Shown in pieces: positions 42,818-52,868 of a DNA stretch of 64,000 nt. The DNA is from Candidatus Omnitrophota bacterium (lineage in GTDB: Bacteria > Omnitrophota > Gorgyraeia > Zapsychrales > Fredricksoniimonadaceae), in contig CAJARJ010000016.1 of assembly GCA_903944345.1 (NCBI GenBank), positions 89,852 through 153,851 of the forward strand, in the 5' to 3' direction. Numbering within the stretch: the stretch's first letter is position 1; each line of letters begins with the position of its first letter. The notes below the pieces were generated by a model. The model was given only the letters and a program-made list of their open reading frames with translations. It was not told the origin of the DNA and ran no database searches. The translations under genes were made by a program, and so were the position numbers.

Positions 42818-44167
42818 ATGTTTTCCAAGATTCTTATTGCCAATCGTGGCGAGATTGCTTTACGTATTATCCGGGCATGTAAAGAACTGGGGATATCAAC
42901 GGTTGCAGTCTATTCCGAGGTAGACCGGGATTCGTTGCATGTCCGCTTTGCTGACGAAGCTGTTTGTATCGGCAAGGCTTCCAGCACGGAAAGCTATCTC
43001 AATATTCCGGCTATTATTTCTGCCGCAGAGATAACAGATGTTGAGGCCATTCATCCCGGATATGGTTTTCTGTCCGAGAACGCTCATTTTGCCGAAATAT
43101 GCGAGTCGTGCAAGATTCATTTTATCGGTCCGACTCCGCAAACCATCCGCATGATGGGGGACAAGATTACGGCTAAAGAGACTGCAAGAAAAGCAGGAGT
43201 TCCTTTGACGCCGGGTGGGACTGGCATTGTCAATACCACGGAAGAGGCGCTGGCCATTGCCAAGCAGATCAAGTATCCCGTTATTATCAAGGCCACTGCC
43301 GGCGGTGGCGGGAAAGGTATGCGGGTTTGTCATAATGATGTCACCTTGTTGAGTTCTCTGAAGCTGGCGCAGACCGAAGCGGAAAAGAATTTCAAGAATC
43401 CGGATGTTTATATCGAGAAATATCTTACTGATCCCCGGCATGTCGAGTTTCAGATTCTTGCTGACTACCACGGGAATATCATTCACCTTGGAGAAAGGGA
43501 TTGCTCTGTACAGCGCCGTCACCAGAAGCTGATCGAGGAATCGCCTTCGCCAGCTCTTTCGGATAAGCTCAGGAAGCGGATGGGCGAGGCTGCGGTTAAA
43601 GCTGCCAAGGCCGCCAATTACCGGGGTGTCGGAACGGTAGAGTTTCTGCTGGACAAGAATGAAGATTTCTTTTTCATGGAAATGAATACCCGCATTCAGG
43701 TGGAACATCCCGTGACCGAGATGGTCACTGGGCTGGATCTTATCAAGGAGCAGATCAAGGCGGCTTGTGGCGAGAAACTGAAGCTCAGACAGGAAGACAT
43801 CAAAATATCCGGGCATTCTATCGAGTGCCGGATTAATGCCGAGGATCCGGATAATAACTTTATTCCTTGTCCGGGAAAAATTGAACAGCTGAATTTGCCA
43901 GGTGGCCCTGGTGTCAGGGTTGATACGCATATTTATTCCGGGTATAAAATAAGTCCCTATTACGATTCCATGGTGGCCAAGTTGATCGTTCATGGCCGGG
44001 ATCGCCGGGAGGCGATCAGGATCATGCGTCGTGCGCTGGACGAGTTTTATATTTCTCCGATCAAAACCACGATACCACTGCACATGCAGATTATGAACAA
44101 TACCCATTTCGTCAAGGGGCAGATCTCGACGCATTTCCTCGAGAAAATGGCGAAGAAGGAAGACTGA
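42818..44167 (+). CDS. accC: Biotin carboxylase
   Basis: [26 protein letters not shown]; start ATG 42818. Confidence 0.97.
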   Translation: MFSKILIANRGEIALRIIRACKELGISTVAVYSEVDRDSLHVRFADEAVCIGKASSTESYLNIPAIISAAEITDVEAIHPGYGFLSENAHFAEICESCKIHFIGPTPQTIRMMGDKITAKETARKAGVPLTPGGTGIVNTTEEALAIAKQIKYPVIIKATAGGGGKGMRVCHNDVTLLSSLKLAQTEAEKNFKNPDVYIEKYLTDPRHVEFQILADYHGNIIHLGERDCSVQRRHQKLIEESPSPALSDKLRKRMGEAAVKAAKAANYRGVGTVEFLLDKNEDFFFMEMNTRIQVEHPVTEMVTGLDLIKEQIKAACGEKLKLRQEDIKISGHSIECRINAEDPDNNFIPCPGKIEQLNLPGGPGVRVDTHIYSGYKISPYYDSMVAKLIVHGRDRREAIRIMRRALDEFYISPIKTTIPLHMQIMNNTHFVKGQISTHFLEKMAKKED

Positions 44168-44517
44168 TGAAGCCGGAAAGCAGAATTGATCTCGGCGCGA
44201 TCAAGATCCACAAGTCTGTTGTTGCGGATATTTGTTGTGCGGCTGTGGCTGGAGTGGAGGGCGTAACAGTATTTCGGAATGATGTGCTCGAAGGTTTTCT
44301 GGCTCTTTTTGGTGTCCGGCACAACTCTGCTGTCGATGTTGTTCTGGATCCACGGGGGCAGGTGAGTGTTGTCGTCAAGGTGAATGTGCGCTTTGGACTG
44401 AATTTATCGGAGATTTCCCGGCGCTTGCAGGATGCGGTTATGACAGCTGTCGAGCAAATGGTAGATGTTGATCTTAAAGACGTCGATGTGGTGGTGCGGG
44501 GGATTGAAAGGGGGTAG
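44167..44517 (+). CDS. Asp23/Gls24-family protein (YqhY-like)
   Basis: GAIKIHKSVVADI...VEGV...VDVVVRGI; downstream of accC. Confidence 0.8.
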   Translation: MKPESRIDLGAIKIHKSVVADICCAAVAGVEGVTVFRNDVLEGFLALFGVRHNSAVDVVLDPRGQVSVVVKVNVRFGLNLSEISRRLQDAVMTAVEQMVDVDLKDVDVVVRGIERG

Positions 44518-44520
44518 CGC

Positions 44521-45135
44521 TTGAAATTGCTGACACGGGTTGCGATCTTTTTTTATGTTTTGTTGATTATGCTTATTGGCTTGTCCGGACTTCTGCTGCT
44601 GGCGCATCAGATTGATCTGGGGATTTGTATTGATTTTCTGACCTATTTGTACAAGGATCCGCAGGCAGCTCTGGTTGCCGGGGTTATTATTGCCGGCAGT
44701 ATGCTGGTTTCGTTGGCTTTGGCCAGAATTATTTATGGCCGGCAGGAGAAGGAAAGCATTATTTCCTTCGACAATCCTCTGGGAAGGGTGACCATTTCTC
44801 TTTCCGCGCTGGAAGATCTGGTTCGACGGATGGTTATCCTTACGCCGCAGATCAAGGAAATTCGTCCCAGCATCGTTTCGACAAAAAAAGGGCTTAATAT
44901 CGAGATTCGTCTGGTTCTTGGTTCGGATGTCAATATTGCTGAACTGACGGCAGACTTGCAGGGATTGATCAAACGCAAGCTTCAGGATGTTATCGGAGTG
45001 GATGAAAGAATTATGATTCGCATCCATGTCGTCAAGATTGCGGCTGATTTTACCAAGCCGTCCAAGAATTCCTTGCCGGACTATGATGATGAGGCAGTCG
45101 GGCGTCCGCTGCCGTTCCCTGGATATAAAGTCTGA
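44521..45135 (+). CDS. AmaP-like membrane anchor
   Basis: Two N-terminal TM helices, then G.VTIS..ALE and an Asp23-like soluble domain; follows asp23. Confidence 0.7.
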   Translation: MKLLTRVAIFFYVLLIMLIGLSGLLLLAHQIDLGICIDFLTYLYKDPQAALVAGVIIAGSMLVSLALARIIYGRQEKESIISFDNPLGRVTISLSALEDLVRRMVILTPQIKEIRPSIVSTKKGLNIEIRLVLGSDVNIAELTADLQGLIKRKLQDVIGVDERIMIRIHVVKIAADFTKPSKNSLPDYDDEAVGRPLPFPGYKV

Positions 45136-45145
45136 GGATCTCGAC

Positions 45146-46165
45146 ATGAAGAAAATAGGCATTCTTACCGGAGGAGCGGATTGTCCCGGGTTAAACGCCG
45201 TTATTCGTGCGGTAGTATACAAAGGCCTTCAGGAAGGTTATGTTATTACGGGGATCAAGAATGGCTGGCAGGGACTGATCGACAATGATACGCGGATTCT
45301 TGACACTCGCGCCGTTTCCGGAATTCTTGATCGCGGAGGCACTATTCTCGGGACCAGCCGGGTTGATCCTTCGCAGAGTCCCGAGCAGATCGAGAAGATT
45401 GCCGAGAATTACAAACGTAACGGGATGGATGCTGTTATTGCTGTCGGTGGAGAGGTTACCCTGGCAACGGCTCTGGATCTTTTTAATCGCGATATCCTGA
45501 ATGTTGTCGGGATTCCCAAGTCGATCGATAATGCCCTTTCCGGAACGGATTACGCTTTTGGTTTTGATACCGCTGTTCAGGTTGCTACCGAATTGATTGA
45601 CCGCTTGCATACCACAGCCGAGAGTCATCACCGGATTATGGTTATTGAAGTTATGGGGCATTATACGGGTTGGATTGCGGTCGAAGCCGGTTTGGCCGGC
45701 GGTGCAGATGTGATTCTTATCCCCGAGATCAAAATTAATATTGAGAAAGTCTGCGAAGCTCTGCGCAGCAGGCATCGTCGCGGCAAGTCTTTTTCGATCA
45801 TCGTTGTGTCCGAAGGGGCAGAATTTGACGCACATAGCGGCATTCCCGAAGGCTATGAGAAACGCCGTTTTGGTAGTATTGGCGAAAAGCTGGCCAAGCT
45901 GATCGAGAATATCACCGGTTACGAAGCTCGCGTCAGTGTTCTTGGCCATATTCAGCGGGGCGGGGCTCCTACGGCTTTTGACCGCATTCTTGGCACCCGT
46001 TTTGGTGTCAAGGCTGTGGAGATGGTCAAGGAAGGCAAGTTCGGGAAAATGGCTTCTTACCAGAATAACCGTATTAAATATTGTGATATTGCCGAGGCCG
46101 TCAAGCAGCGCAAAAAGGTCGAAATGGATCTTTTTGATATTGCCCGGGTCTTCTGCGCGGAGTAG
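45146..46165 (+). CDS. pfkA: PfkA-family kinase with divergent active-site motifs
   Basis: GGTILGTSR, TTAESHHR, LGHIQRGG; altered GGEVT, PKSIDNA, MGH. Confidence 0.8.
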   Translation: MKKIGILTGGADCPGLNAVIRAVVYKGLQEGYVITGIKNGWQGLIDNDTRILDTRAVSGILDRGGTILGTSRVDPSQSPEQIEKIAENYKRNGMDAVIAVGGEVTLATALDLFNRDILNVVGIPKSIDNALSGTDYAFGFDTAVQVATELIDRLHTTAESHHRIMVIEVMGHYTGWIAVEAGLAGGADVILIPEIKINIEKVCEALRSRHRRGKSFSIIVVSEGAEFDAHSGIPEGYEKRRFGSIGEKLAKLIENITGYEARVSVLGHIQRGGAPTAFDRILGTRFGVKAVEMVKEGKFGKMASYQNNRIKYCDIAEAVKQRKKVEMDLFDIARVFCAE

Positions 46166-46170
46166 CTTTT

Positions 46171-46740
46171 ATGAAACAGCGTTTGCAAAAGATTCTAGAG
46201 GATTCCATTTCTGCCCAGAAACAGGCATTTGAATCAAATTTTGAAGCGGTCGATAAACTGGTCGCAGCCATGATCAAGGCGTTTGAATCAGGCCATCGGG
46301 TCTTTTTTTGTGGAAATGGTGGTTCTGCTGCGGACAGTCAGCATATTGCCGCGGAGTTTATTGGTCGTTTTCAGAAGGAGCGAAAAGCTCTTCCGGCGAT
46401 TGCCTTGACTACGGATACCTCGGTTCTTACCTGTCTGGCTAACGACTACGGTTATGATGTTGTTTTTTCCCGCCAGCTGGAAGGCTTGGCTCATCCGGGT
46501 GATATTTTGGTCGGACTTTCGACCAGCGGCAAGTCGGTCAATGTTCTTAAGGCTTTTGAAAAGGCCCGCCAGATGCGGGTTTTGACTGTGGCGCTTACCG
46601 GGCATGATGGCGGACCGATGGGCAAGATGGCAGACATTTCGATTATTGTTCCTTCAAAGGTTACGGCGCGCATTCAGGAAGCTCACATTATTCTGGCGCA
46701 TGCTATCTGTGAATTGGTTGAGGAACATTTTGCCGCCTGA
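46171..46740 (+). CDS. gmhA: Phosphoheptose isomerase
   Basis: GNGGSAADSQH, ANDYGY, STSG, RIQEAH. Confidence 0.95.
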   Translation: MKQRLQKILEDSISAQKQAFESNFEAVDKLVAAMIKAFESGHRVFFCGNGGSAADSQHIAAEFIGRFQKERKALPAIALTTDTSVLTCLANDYGYDVVFSRQLEGLAHPGDILVGLSTSGKSVNVLKAFEKARQMRVLTVALTGHDGGPMGKMADISIIVPSKVTARIQEAHIILAHAICELVEEHFAA

Positions 46741-46753
46741 ATTTTGCATGCCC

Positions 46754-47257
46754 ATGAAAACAACACAAAAAAAAATTCTTAATGCTGCAGAACTGTCCGT
46801 CAAGATTGCGGATTATCGCCGTCATGAACGAAAGATCGTTTTCACCAACGGCTGTTTTGATATTCTGCATTGGGGGCATGTCAGCTATTTGCAGCAGGCC
46901 AAAAAGAACGATTCGCGTGTGCTGATTATTGGTCTGAATAGTGACCGTTCTGTCCGCACTCTGGAGAAAGGCCCTGATCGTCCCATTATCCCGCAGAAGG
47001 AACGGGCCGCCCTGCTTGCGGCGATGTCTTGCGTGGATCATGTGGTGCTTTTTAACGAGCCAACTCCGGAGAAGCTTATAGGCCTTTTGCAGCCTGATAT
47101 TCTGGTTAAGGGGGCGGACTGGAAGGGCAAGGCCGTAGCCGGAGCGGATCTGGTTCGAGCGCGTGGAGGCAGGGTTGAGTTTATCCGCTATTTGTCGGGA
47201 TTGTCGACGACGAATATTATTGCGAAGGTGAGAAAAACGTGCGTAAACGCCGCCTAG
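46754..47257 (+). CDS. hldC: Stand-alone heptose-1-phosphate adenylyltransferase (HldC/RfaE domain II)
   Basis: FTNGCFDILHWGH, GLNSD, KGADW, STTNII. Confidence 0.9.
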   Translation: MKTTQKKILNAAELSVKIADYRRHERKIVFTNGCFDILHWGHVSYLQQAKKNDSRVLIIGLNSDRSVRTLEKGPDRPIIPQKERAALLAAMSCVDHVVLFNEPTPEKLIGLLQPDILVKGADWKGKAVAGADLVRARGGRVEFIRYLSGLSTTNIIAKVRKTCVNAA

Positions 47258-47661
47258 ACCAGAAAGTTTTGTTTCGCGTTGTCGATGCCAATTTTAACCG
47301 GGCCAAGGAAGGGCTTCGGGTTTGCGAGGACACGGCCCGTTTTGTTCAGGACAGCAGGGTATTGGCTAAAGGTTATAAAGATGTTCGCCACAAACTGACG
47401 GGCGCGATTTCCGGATTTGGTTTGCAGGAGTTATTAAGCGCCCGGGATATTCAGGGCGATGTTGGCAGAACAACCACGGCGCCCGAGTCGGTTCGTTCGT
47501 CGGTGAATGATATTTTTCACGCTAATTCGCAAAGGGTTAAAGAATCCTTGCGGGTTTTGGAAGAATTCGCTAAACTAGTGGACATTACAACGGCTGAAAA
47601 TTTGAAATTGTTACGTTATAAGGTTTACGCTCTTGAGAAATCAGCGCTTGTCGGCAGCTAG
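47239..47661 (+). CDS. ThiD2-type domain (N-terminal domain of long ThiE)
   Basis: DANFNRAKEGLRVCED and ANSQRVKESLRVLEE repeats, RYKVYALEK. Confidence 0.8.
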   Translation: MRKRRLDQKVLFRVVDANFNRAKEGLRVCEDTARFVQDSRVLAKGYKDVRHKLTGAISGFGLQELLSARDIQGDVGRTTTAPESVRSSVNDIFHANSQRVKESLRVLEEFAKLVDITTAENLKLLRYKVYALEKSALVGS

Positions 47662-48262
47662 GTTATATCTTATTCTGGATGTTGCAGTGCTGGAACGTGA
47701 GCGTTTATTGCAGATAATAGATCCGGCCATTACGGGCGGCGTGGATATCGTCCAGTTGAGAGACAAAGCAGGCGATAGCCGTGATGTTCTTTGTTTCGCA
47801 CAGAAAGTCCGGGATATTGTTGGTCAGAGGGCTTTGTTTATTCTTAACGACCGTCCGGATATCGCCCGGTTTTGCGGAGCTGATGGCGTGCATCTTGGGC
47901 AAAATGATGTTCCGGTTTCTGTGGTCAAAAAGCTCTTTGGTTCTGATTTTATTGTCGGTTGTTCCTGTCAGACGCCGGAACAGGTGTTTGTGGCGCAACA
48001 GGACGGAGCAGATTATATCGGTTTTGGTTCTGTTTACAAGACACAGACAAAGCCGGACAGAGAGCCGATGCAGCGCAACATTCTTGAGCGCGCGTTGGCA
48101 GCGGCCAGTATTCCTTTGTTTCCTATTGGAGGAATTACCAGAGACAACCTCCCGGAACTTGTTGATCTGGGGGCGTCTCGGGCGGCTGTTTGCCGGGATA
48201 TTCTTCTGGCGACTGATCCTGCCGGAACAGCACGGGTTCTCCGGCGGTTTGTTGATAAGTAA
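47633..48262 (+). CDS. thiE: Thiamine-phosphate synthase
   Basis: VQLRDK, NDR.D, GVHLGQND, T.TK, IGGI. Confidence 0.93.
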   Translation: MRNQRLSAARLYLILDVAVLERERLLQIIDPAITGGVDIVQLRDKAGDSRDVLCFAQKVRDIVGQRALFILNDRPDIARFCGADGVHLGQNDVPVSVVKKLFGSDFIVGCSCQTPEQVFVAQQDGADYIGFGSVYKTQTKPDREPMQRNILERALAAASIPLFPIGGITRDNLPELVDLGASRAAVCRDILLATDPAGTARVLRRFVDK

Positions 48263-48276
48263 TTAAGCTTTTTCTT

Positions 48277-48350
<74 letters not shown>

Positions 48351-48383
48351 TATTTTTTGTTGTTGCACAATGCGGATTGATAC

Positions 48384-49070
48384 ATGATTGATCCCAAACG
48401 TTGTCTATATCTTTCGGGTCTTGTAATCGGGGTGTTGTTCCTGACCGGTTGCGCGACAGTAAAAAATCCTTCCGATGTGGTTGCTCCAGAGAAACAGGCT
48501 CTTCAGCTTAAAGGAATCCAGCATAAAGTTAACAGGGGTGAAACCCTCTGGCGCATCGCCAAGGCTTACGGGGTTACTGTTGACGAGATTATCCAGGCAA
48601 ACAATATTCCGGATGTGGCCTCGATTGAAGTCGGACAGCTGGTTTTTATTCCCGGAGCGGCGGCCTTGCGGAGCGTTCCCGCCGTGAGTGCCCAGGAGGG
48701 CAAGGATAATGATTTTGTCTGGCCTGTGCGGGGCAAGGTTTTTTCTTATTTTCGCGAGCTTCAGGGCGGAACACATAACAGGGGAATTGATATCGCGTGT
48801 GCCGAAGGCGATATTATCAAGGCGGCGCGTTCCGGCAAAGTTGTTCTGGCCAGTCGTCTGCCGGGACATGCCTACACAGTGATTCTTGAACATGCTGACG
48901 GTTTCTTTACTGTATATTCGCATAACGCGCAGATCATGGTTACAGTTAATGATCTGGTGTCACGAGGAAGCAAGATTGCGCTCCCTGCTTCGTCGGGCGG
49001 AAAACTTTACGCCCATTTCGAGATTCGCAAAGGGGACAAGCCCAGTAATCCTTTATACTATCTGCCTTGA
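48384..49070 (+). CDS. NlpD-like lipoprotein (LysM + M23/LytM)
   Basis: Lipobox LTGC; LysM HKVNRGETLWRIA; NRGIDI, YSHN, HFEIR. Confidence 0.88.
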   Translation: MIDPKRCLYLSGLVIGVLFLTGCATVKNPSDVVAPEKQALQLKGIQHKVNRGETLWRIAKAYGVTVDEIIQANNIPDVASIEVGQLVFIPGAAALRSVPAVSAQEGKDNDFVWPVRGKVFSYFRELQGGTHNRGIDIACAEGDIIKAARSGKVVLASRLPGHAYTVILEHADGFFTVYSHNAQIMVTVNDLVSRGSKIALPASSGGKLYAHFEIRKGDKPSNPLYYLP

Positions 49071-49078
49071 AAGAAAAT

Positions 49079-50701
49079 ATGGAACATTCATTCCTTGGTA
49101 GAAAGCAGATTGTTGATTTGATCAAACGCCGTGTTTCCGATCTCAAGGAGGGCTACCGTCAGAATATAGCCCTGATCGGTTGCCTGCATGTCGGCAAAAG
49201 TACTGTTCTTCAGTCTTTTCTCGAGGGGTTTGATGACAGCGCTGTCGGCAGTATTTATCTTGATCTTGAAAACCGGGATCTGGACTATTTTGTCATCAAG
49301 ACCTGTCGTAGCATCCTCCATCATTTCTGCCGGATTAAAGGGCTGGAACTGCACGAAGATATCGGCAGGCTTTCCGCTTCGGCCCGCAGTCATATTCCGG
49401 CGACAGTGGACGGGGTTTCCTCCGCCCTGACGGCCCTGGAGAAAGGGCGCACAGCGGAGGCTTTCGATATGACGTTGTCCCTCCCCGAGATTCTGGCCCA
49501 GGAATGCGAACTGAAAACCGTTATTATCTATGACGAATTTCAGTCGATCGGAGAGATGGGCGTGCCGGAAGCTTTCCGAAGGCTGGCGGATCGGATTACA
49601 ACCCAGAAACATTCTTTGTATATCCTGGCCAGTTCCTTTCAGGAACAGGCCTCCAGAATCCTCGAGGAGGAACTGACTCTTCTTTTCGGCAGTTTTGAAC
49701 TGGTGCATCTTTTGCCGCTGGATCTGAATGCCAGTCTCGAGTTTATCGAGCGTCGTCTTGGCGGAGTCAAGCTTTCACCAACCTTGCGCAGCTTCCTGGC
49801 GGATTTTACCGGAGGCAGGCCATTGTACCTCGATATTATTTCTCAGGAGATCATCAATCTTGCGGCGATTTACAAGCAACAGGAAGTTTATGCTCCTTTG
49901 CTGGCGCAGGCCGTGGAGAATCTGCTTTTTAACCGCTGGGGAGCCCTGAGCCGACATTTTGAGTTGAGTGTTGAGCGTTTATGTGCCGGGAAGAATAATC
50001 GTCTGGTCATGACAGTTTTGTTTTTTCTTGCTGACGGTGTCCACAGGTTAAAAGATATTGTTGCTGGCTGCGGTGCCAAGCAGTCGCAGGTTTCCGCCCG
50101 CCTGAATTCTTTGGTTGCAGACGGTGTGGTCGAGAAAAACGGGCCGTATTTCCATATCAAAGACAAGCTGATGGCTTATTGGATCCGTTATATTTTCCAG
50201 AAGCGGATCAAAAGTATCGAGCTTGAGCCGGGCAAGCAACGAGAGGAATTTCGTGAGGCTATCCTTAAAGCCATTAACGAATTCCAGACTAATTGCCGTA
50301 AAGATTTGTCCAGCCGGGTGATTGAATTGCTCAATTGTTTCGAGAACGAGCATCTGAATCTTTATGGACGCAGCTACAAGCTTCCTATGTTCAAGGAAGC
50401 CAAATCTCTTAGGATGGGGCAGGCAGGTGGACAGGAATTTGATGTGATCCAGGCTGAGGCCGACGACGGTGCGTGGCTGCTGGTTTTACGCAAGGATCCT
50501 TTGGCCGAAAAAGATATCAGCGGTGTGGTTGAAGAAGTGCGCAAGATGGGGATTCGCATGCGTAAATGCGTTCTGGTTCCCTTCTCCGGTATTGATGATA
50601 CGGCCCGGCTTTGCGCACTTAATGAGCGCATGTGGATCTGGAATGAGCCGGTCCTTAATTCGTTAATGAGCCTTTACGGCAAGTCATATATTGTGCCATG
50701 A
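49079..50701 (+). CDS. Archaeal-type (ATPase_2/STAND-like) ATPase with wHTH and DUF234-like C-terminus
   Basis: FLGR, Walker A GCLHVGKS, Walker B IIYDEFQ, TGGRPLYL, wHTH-like segment, EFDVI. Confidence 0.7.
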   Translation: MEHSFLGRKQIVDLIKRRVSDLKEGYRQNIALIGCLHVGKSTVLQSFLEGFDDSAVGSIYLDLENRDLDYFVIKTCRSILHHFCRIKGLELHEDIGRLSASARSHIPATVDGVSSALTALEKGRTAEAFDMTLSLPEILAQECELKTVIIYDEFQSIGEMGVPEAFRRLADRITTQKHSLYILASSFQEQASRILEEELTLLFGSFELVHLLPLDLNASLEFIERRLGGVKLSPTLRSFLADFTGGRPLYLDIISQEIINLAAIYKQQEVYAPLLAQAVENLLFNRWGALSRHFELSVERLCAGKNNRLVMTVLFFLADGVHRLKDIVAGCGAKQSQVSARLNSLVADGVVEKNGPYFHIKDKLMAYWIRYIFQKRIKSIELEPGKQREEFREAILKAINEFQTNCRKDLSSRVIELLNCFENEHLNLYGRSYKLPMFKEAKSLRMGQAGGQEFDVIQAEADDGAWLLVLRKDPLAEKDISGVVEEVRKMGIRMRKCVLVPFSGIDDTARLCALNERMWIWNEPVLNSLMSLYGKSYIVP

Positions 50702-51177
50702 AAATAGTTGTCATGTCGGACACGCATTCCTATCCTTTACCCCGGACGTTGATCGACGAGATCAAAAAAGCGGATATGGTTATTCATGCCGGCGACTTTA
50801 CCGATGTCAGCGTGCTGGATGCCTTACGCAAAGACAAAGAGGTGCGGGCGGTTTACGGGAATATGGACGGGATGGATTTGCGCAGGCAGTTGCCCCAAAG
50901 CCAGGTTTTTCGTTGTGCGGATGTTGGTGTCGGGCTTTTTCACGGGGAAGGAGCTAGCGCTGGGCTTCTGGAAAGAGTGCAAAAGCGCTTCAGCGGCGAG
51001 GATGTCCAGGTGGTGATTTTCGGGCACACACATGAGCCGATGAATGACATCATAAACGGAGTGCTGTATTTCAATCCTGGAAGCCCTACGGATAATTACC
51101 GGGCGCCGTATTGCTCTTTCGGCATTCTTGAGATTGCGGGCAAGAACATCAAGAGCCGGATTGTCCGGATCAGTTAA
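50698..51177 (+). CDS. YfcE/MJ0936-family metallophosphoesterase
   Basis: SDTH, HAGD, GNMD, HG, GHTH, NPGS. Confidence 0.92.
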   Translation: MKIVVMSDTHSYPLPRTLIDEIKKADMVIHAGDFTDVSVLDALRKDKEVRAVYGNMDGMDLRRQLPQSQVFRCADVGVGLFHGEGASAGLLERVQKRFSGEDVQVVIFGHTHEPMNDIINGVLYFNPGSPTDNYRAPYCSFGILEIAGKNIKSRIVRIS

Positions 51178-51199
51178 GTCGAACGAAAGAACCAGTGGC

Positions 51200-51691
51200 A
51201 TGAATATTTTGTGGGCACCCTGGCGCGAAGCTTATGTTGTCCGTTCCTCCGGTGACAAAAAGAAAAAAGGCTGTGTATTCTGCGCCATCTTCAAGGAAAA
51301 GAAAGATCGCAAGAATTATATCTTTCTGCGTTCTTCTACCTGTTTTGCCGTGCTTAATATCTATCCTTTCAACGGTGGACATTCCCTCGTTATACCTAAC
51401 CGGCATATTTCCGATCTGACGGAAATGACGACAGAAGAGCGAACAGACTTCTTTGATACTTTGGTGCGGGTAAAAACCATTCTGCAGAAGGCTTTTAGTC
51501 CCAATGCGTTTAATGTGGGCCTTAATCTTGGCCATCTTGCCGGGGCGGGGATCCCGGAACATTTACATATGCATGTTGTGCCCCGTTGGTCGGGGGATAT
51601 GAATTTCATGCCGGTTCTTTTTGAAGTCAAGGTCATGCCGGTGTCTTTAAGGAAGGTTTACGAGGCGGTTGTCAATGCACAAAAGAACTGA
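51200..51691 (+). CDS. HIT-family hydrolase (Ap4A phosphorylase-like)
   Basis: LWAPWR, CVFC, HLHMHVVPRW. Confidence 0.9.
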   Translation: MNILWAPWREAYVVRSSGDKKKKGCVFCAIFKEKKDRKNYIFLRSSTCFAVLNIYPFNGGHSLVIPNRHISDLTEMTTEERTDFFDTLVRVKTILQKAFSPNAFNVGLNLGHLAGAGIPEHLHMHVVPRWSGDMNFMPVLFEVKVMPVSLRKVYEAVVNAQKN

Positions 51692-52868
51692 TATCGAGTC
51701 AAGAGAAGATGCCTGGCTGGCTCCTTATGCCATGCGCAGCCGCGAATCCTGGGGGCGGCAGTTCCCGGAGAATGATCACGACGGACGTACGGCATTTCAG
51801 CGTGACCGCGACCGGGTCATTCATTGCGAGGCTTTCCGCAAGCTTGAATACAAGACCCAGGTTTTTGTGATTTTCGAGAGTGATTACTATCGCACCCGCC
51901 TGACGCATACGATTGAAGTGGCCCAGCTGGCGCGGACGATCGGACGCAATCTTGGTTTGAACGAGGATTTGATCGAGGCGGTGGCGCTGGCGCATGATCT
52001 GGGGCATTCTCCTTTCGGGCATGCCGGTGAGGAATTGCTGGACGCCCGGTTACGCTCGGTTGGCATTGGCGGGTTCAATCATAATCAGCGCAGTTTCGAA
52101 ATCGTCACCAGATTTGAAAAACGTTATCCGGACTTCCATGGCTTGAACCTGACCGCAGAAGTTCTGGTGGGCATTCTGAAGCACGAAAGTCTTTATGACC
52201 GGATTGGTGACCCGGCGGTTCTGGAGGATCAGTCGTTTGCTCTCAAGCTGCGCTCCTGTCCCTGTTCCCTTGAGGCTGAGGTAGTCGACAAGGCTGACTG
52301 GCTGGCGTATCTTAATCATGACGTCGACGACGGGCTGACCTCGGGCTGTATTACAGTCGAAGATCTCAACGTCAGCGCTCTCTGGCGGGAGGCGGTGGGG
52401 CGTTTGCGCAAGCCGCTGCCATCCTGTGCTGATCCGGTGTTTAAATATCAGGTGGTCAAGGAGCTGATTGACATGCAGGTCAAGGACCTGTTGTCCGCCA
52501 CAAATGAGCGCATCGCCGCGCAGGATATCAAGTCGGCGGCTGACCTGGCCCGGGCCGGAAAAGGTCTGGTGGATTTCTCCGAGAGAATGAAGGCGGACAG
52601 AGGAGAGTTGCAGAAAATTCTTAACGAGCGGGTTTATCATCACTGGCGAGTCGAGCGCATGACCTCCAAAGCCAAACGGATTCTTAACAGACTCTTTGAT
52701 GTTTATTTGGACAATCCCCGGCAGTTGCCGTATGATATTTATGATCGTAGACGAAGCTATTCCAATCAGGATTTACATGGTGTCATATGCAATTATCTGG
52801 CATCAATGACCGACAGGGCTGCGCTTGATGAATACAAAAGACTCTTTGAGCCTTACGAAAAAGTATAA
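51675..52868 (+). CDS. dgt: dGTP triphosphohydrolase (HD family)
   Basis: RDRDR, KTQVF, RTRLTH, HDLGHSPFGHAGE, HDVDD, MTD. Confidence 0.93.
   Translation: MHKRTDIESREDAWLAPYAMRSRESWGRQFPENDHDGRTAFQRDRDRVIHCEAFRKLEYKTQVFVIFESDYYRTRLTHTIEVAQLARTIGRNLGLNEDLIEAVALAHDLGHSPFGHAGEELLDARLRSVGIGGFNHNQRSFEIVTRFEKRYPDFHGLNLTAEVLVGILKHESLYDRIGDPAVLEDQSFALKLRSCPCSLEAEVVDKADWLAYLNHDVDDGLTSGCITVEDLNVSALWREAVGRLRKPLPSCADPVFKYQVVKELIDMQVKDLLSATNERIAAQDIKSAADLARAGKGLVDFSERMKADRGELQKILNERVYHHWRVERMTSKAKRILNRLFDVYLDNPRQLPYDIYDRRRSYSNQDLHGVICNYLASMTDRAALDEYKRLFEPYEKV

Noticed and set aside
42896-44134. 412-aa antisense ORF
   Set aside because: Mirror of accC explained by codon bias; no recognisable domain
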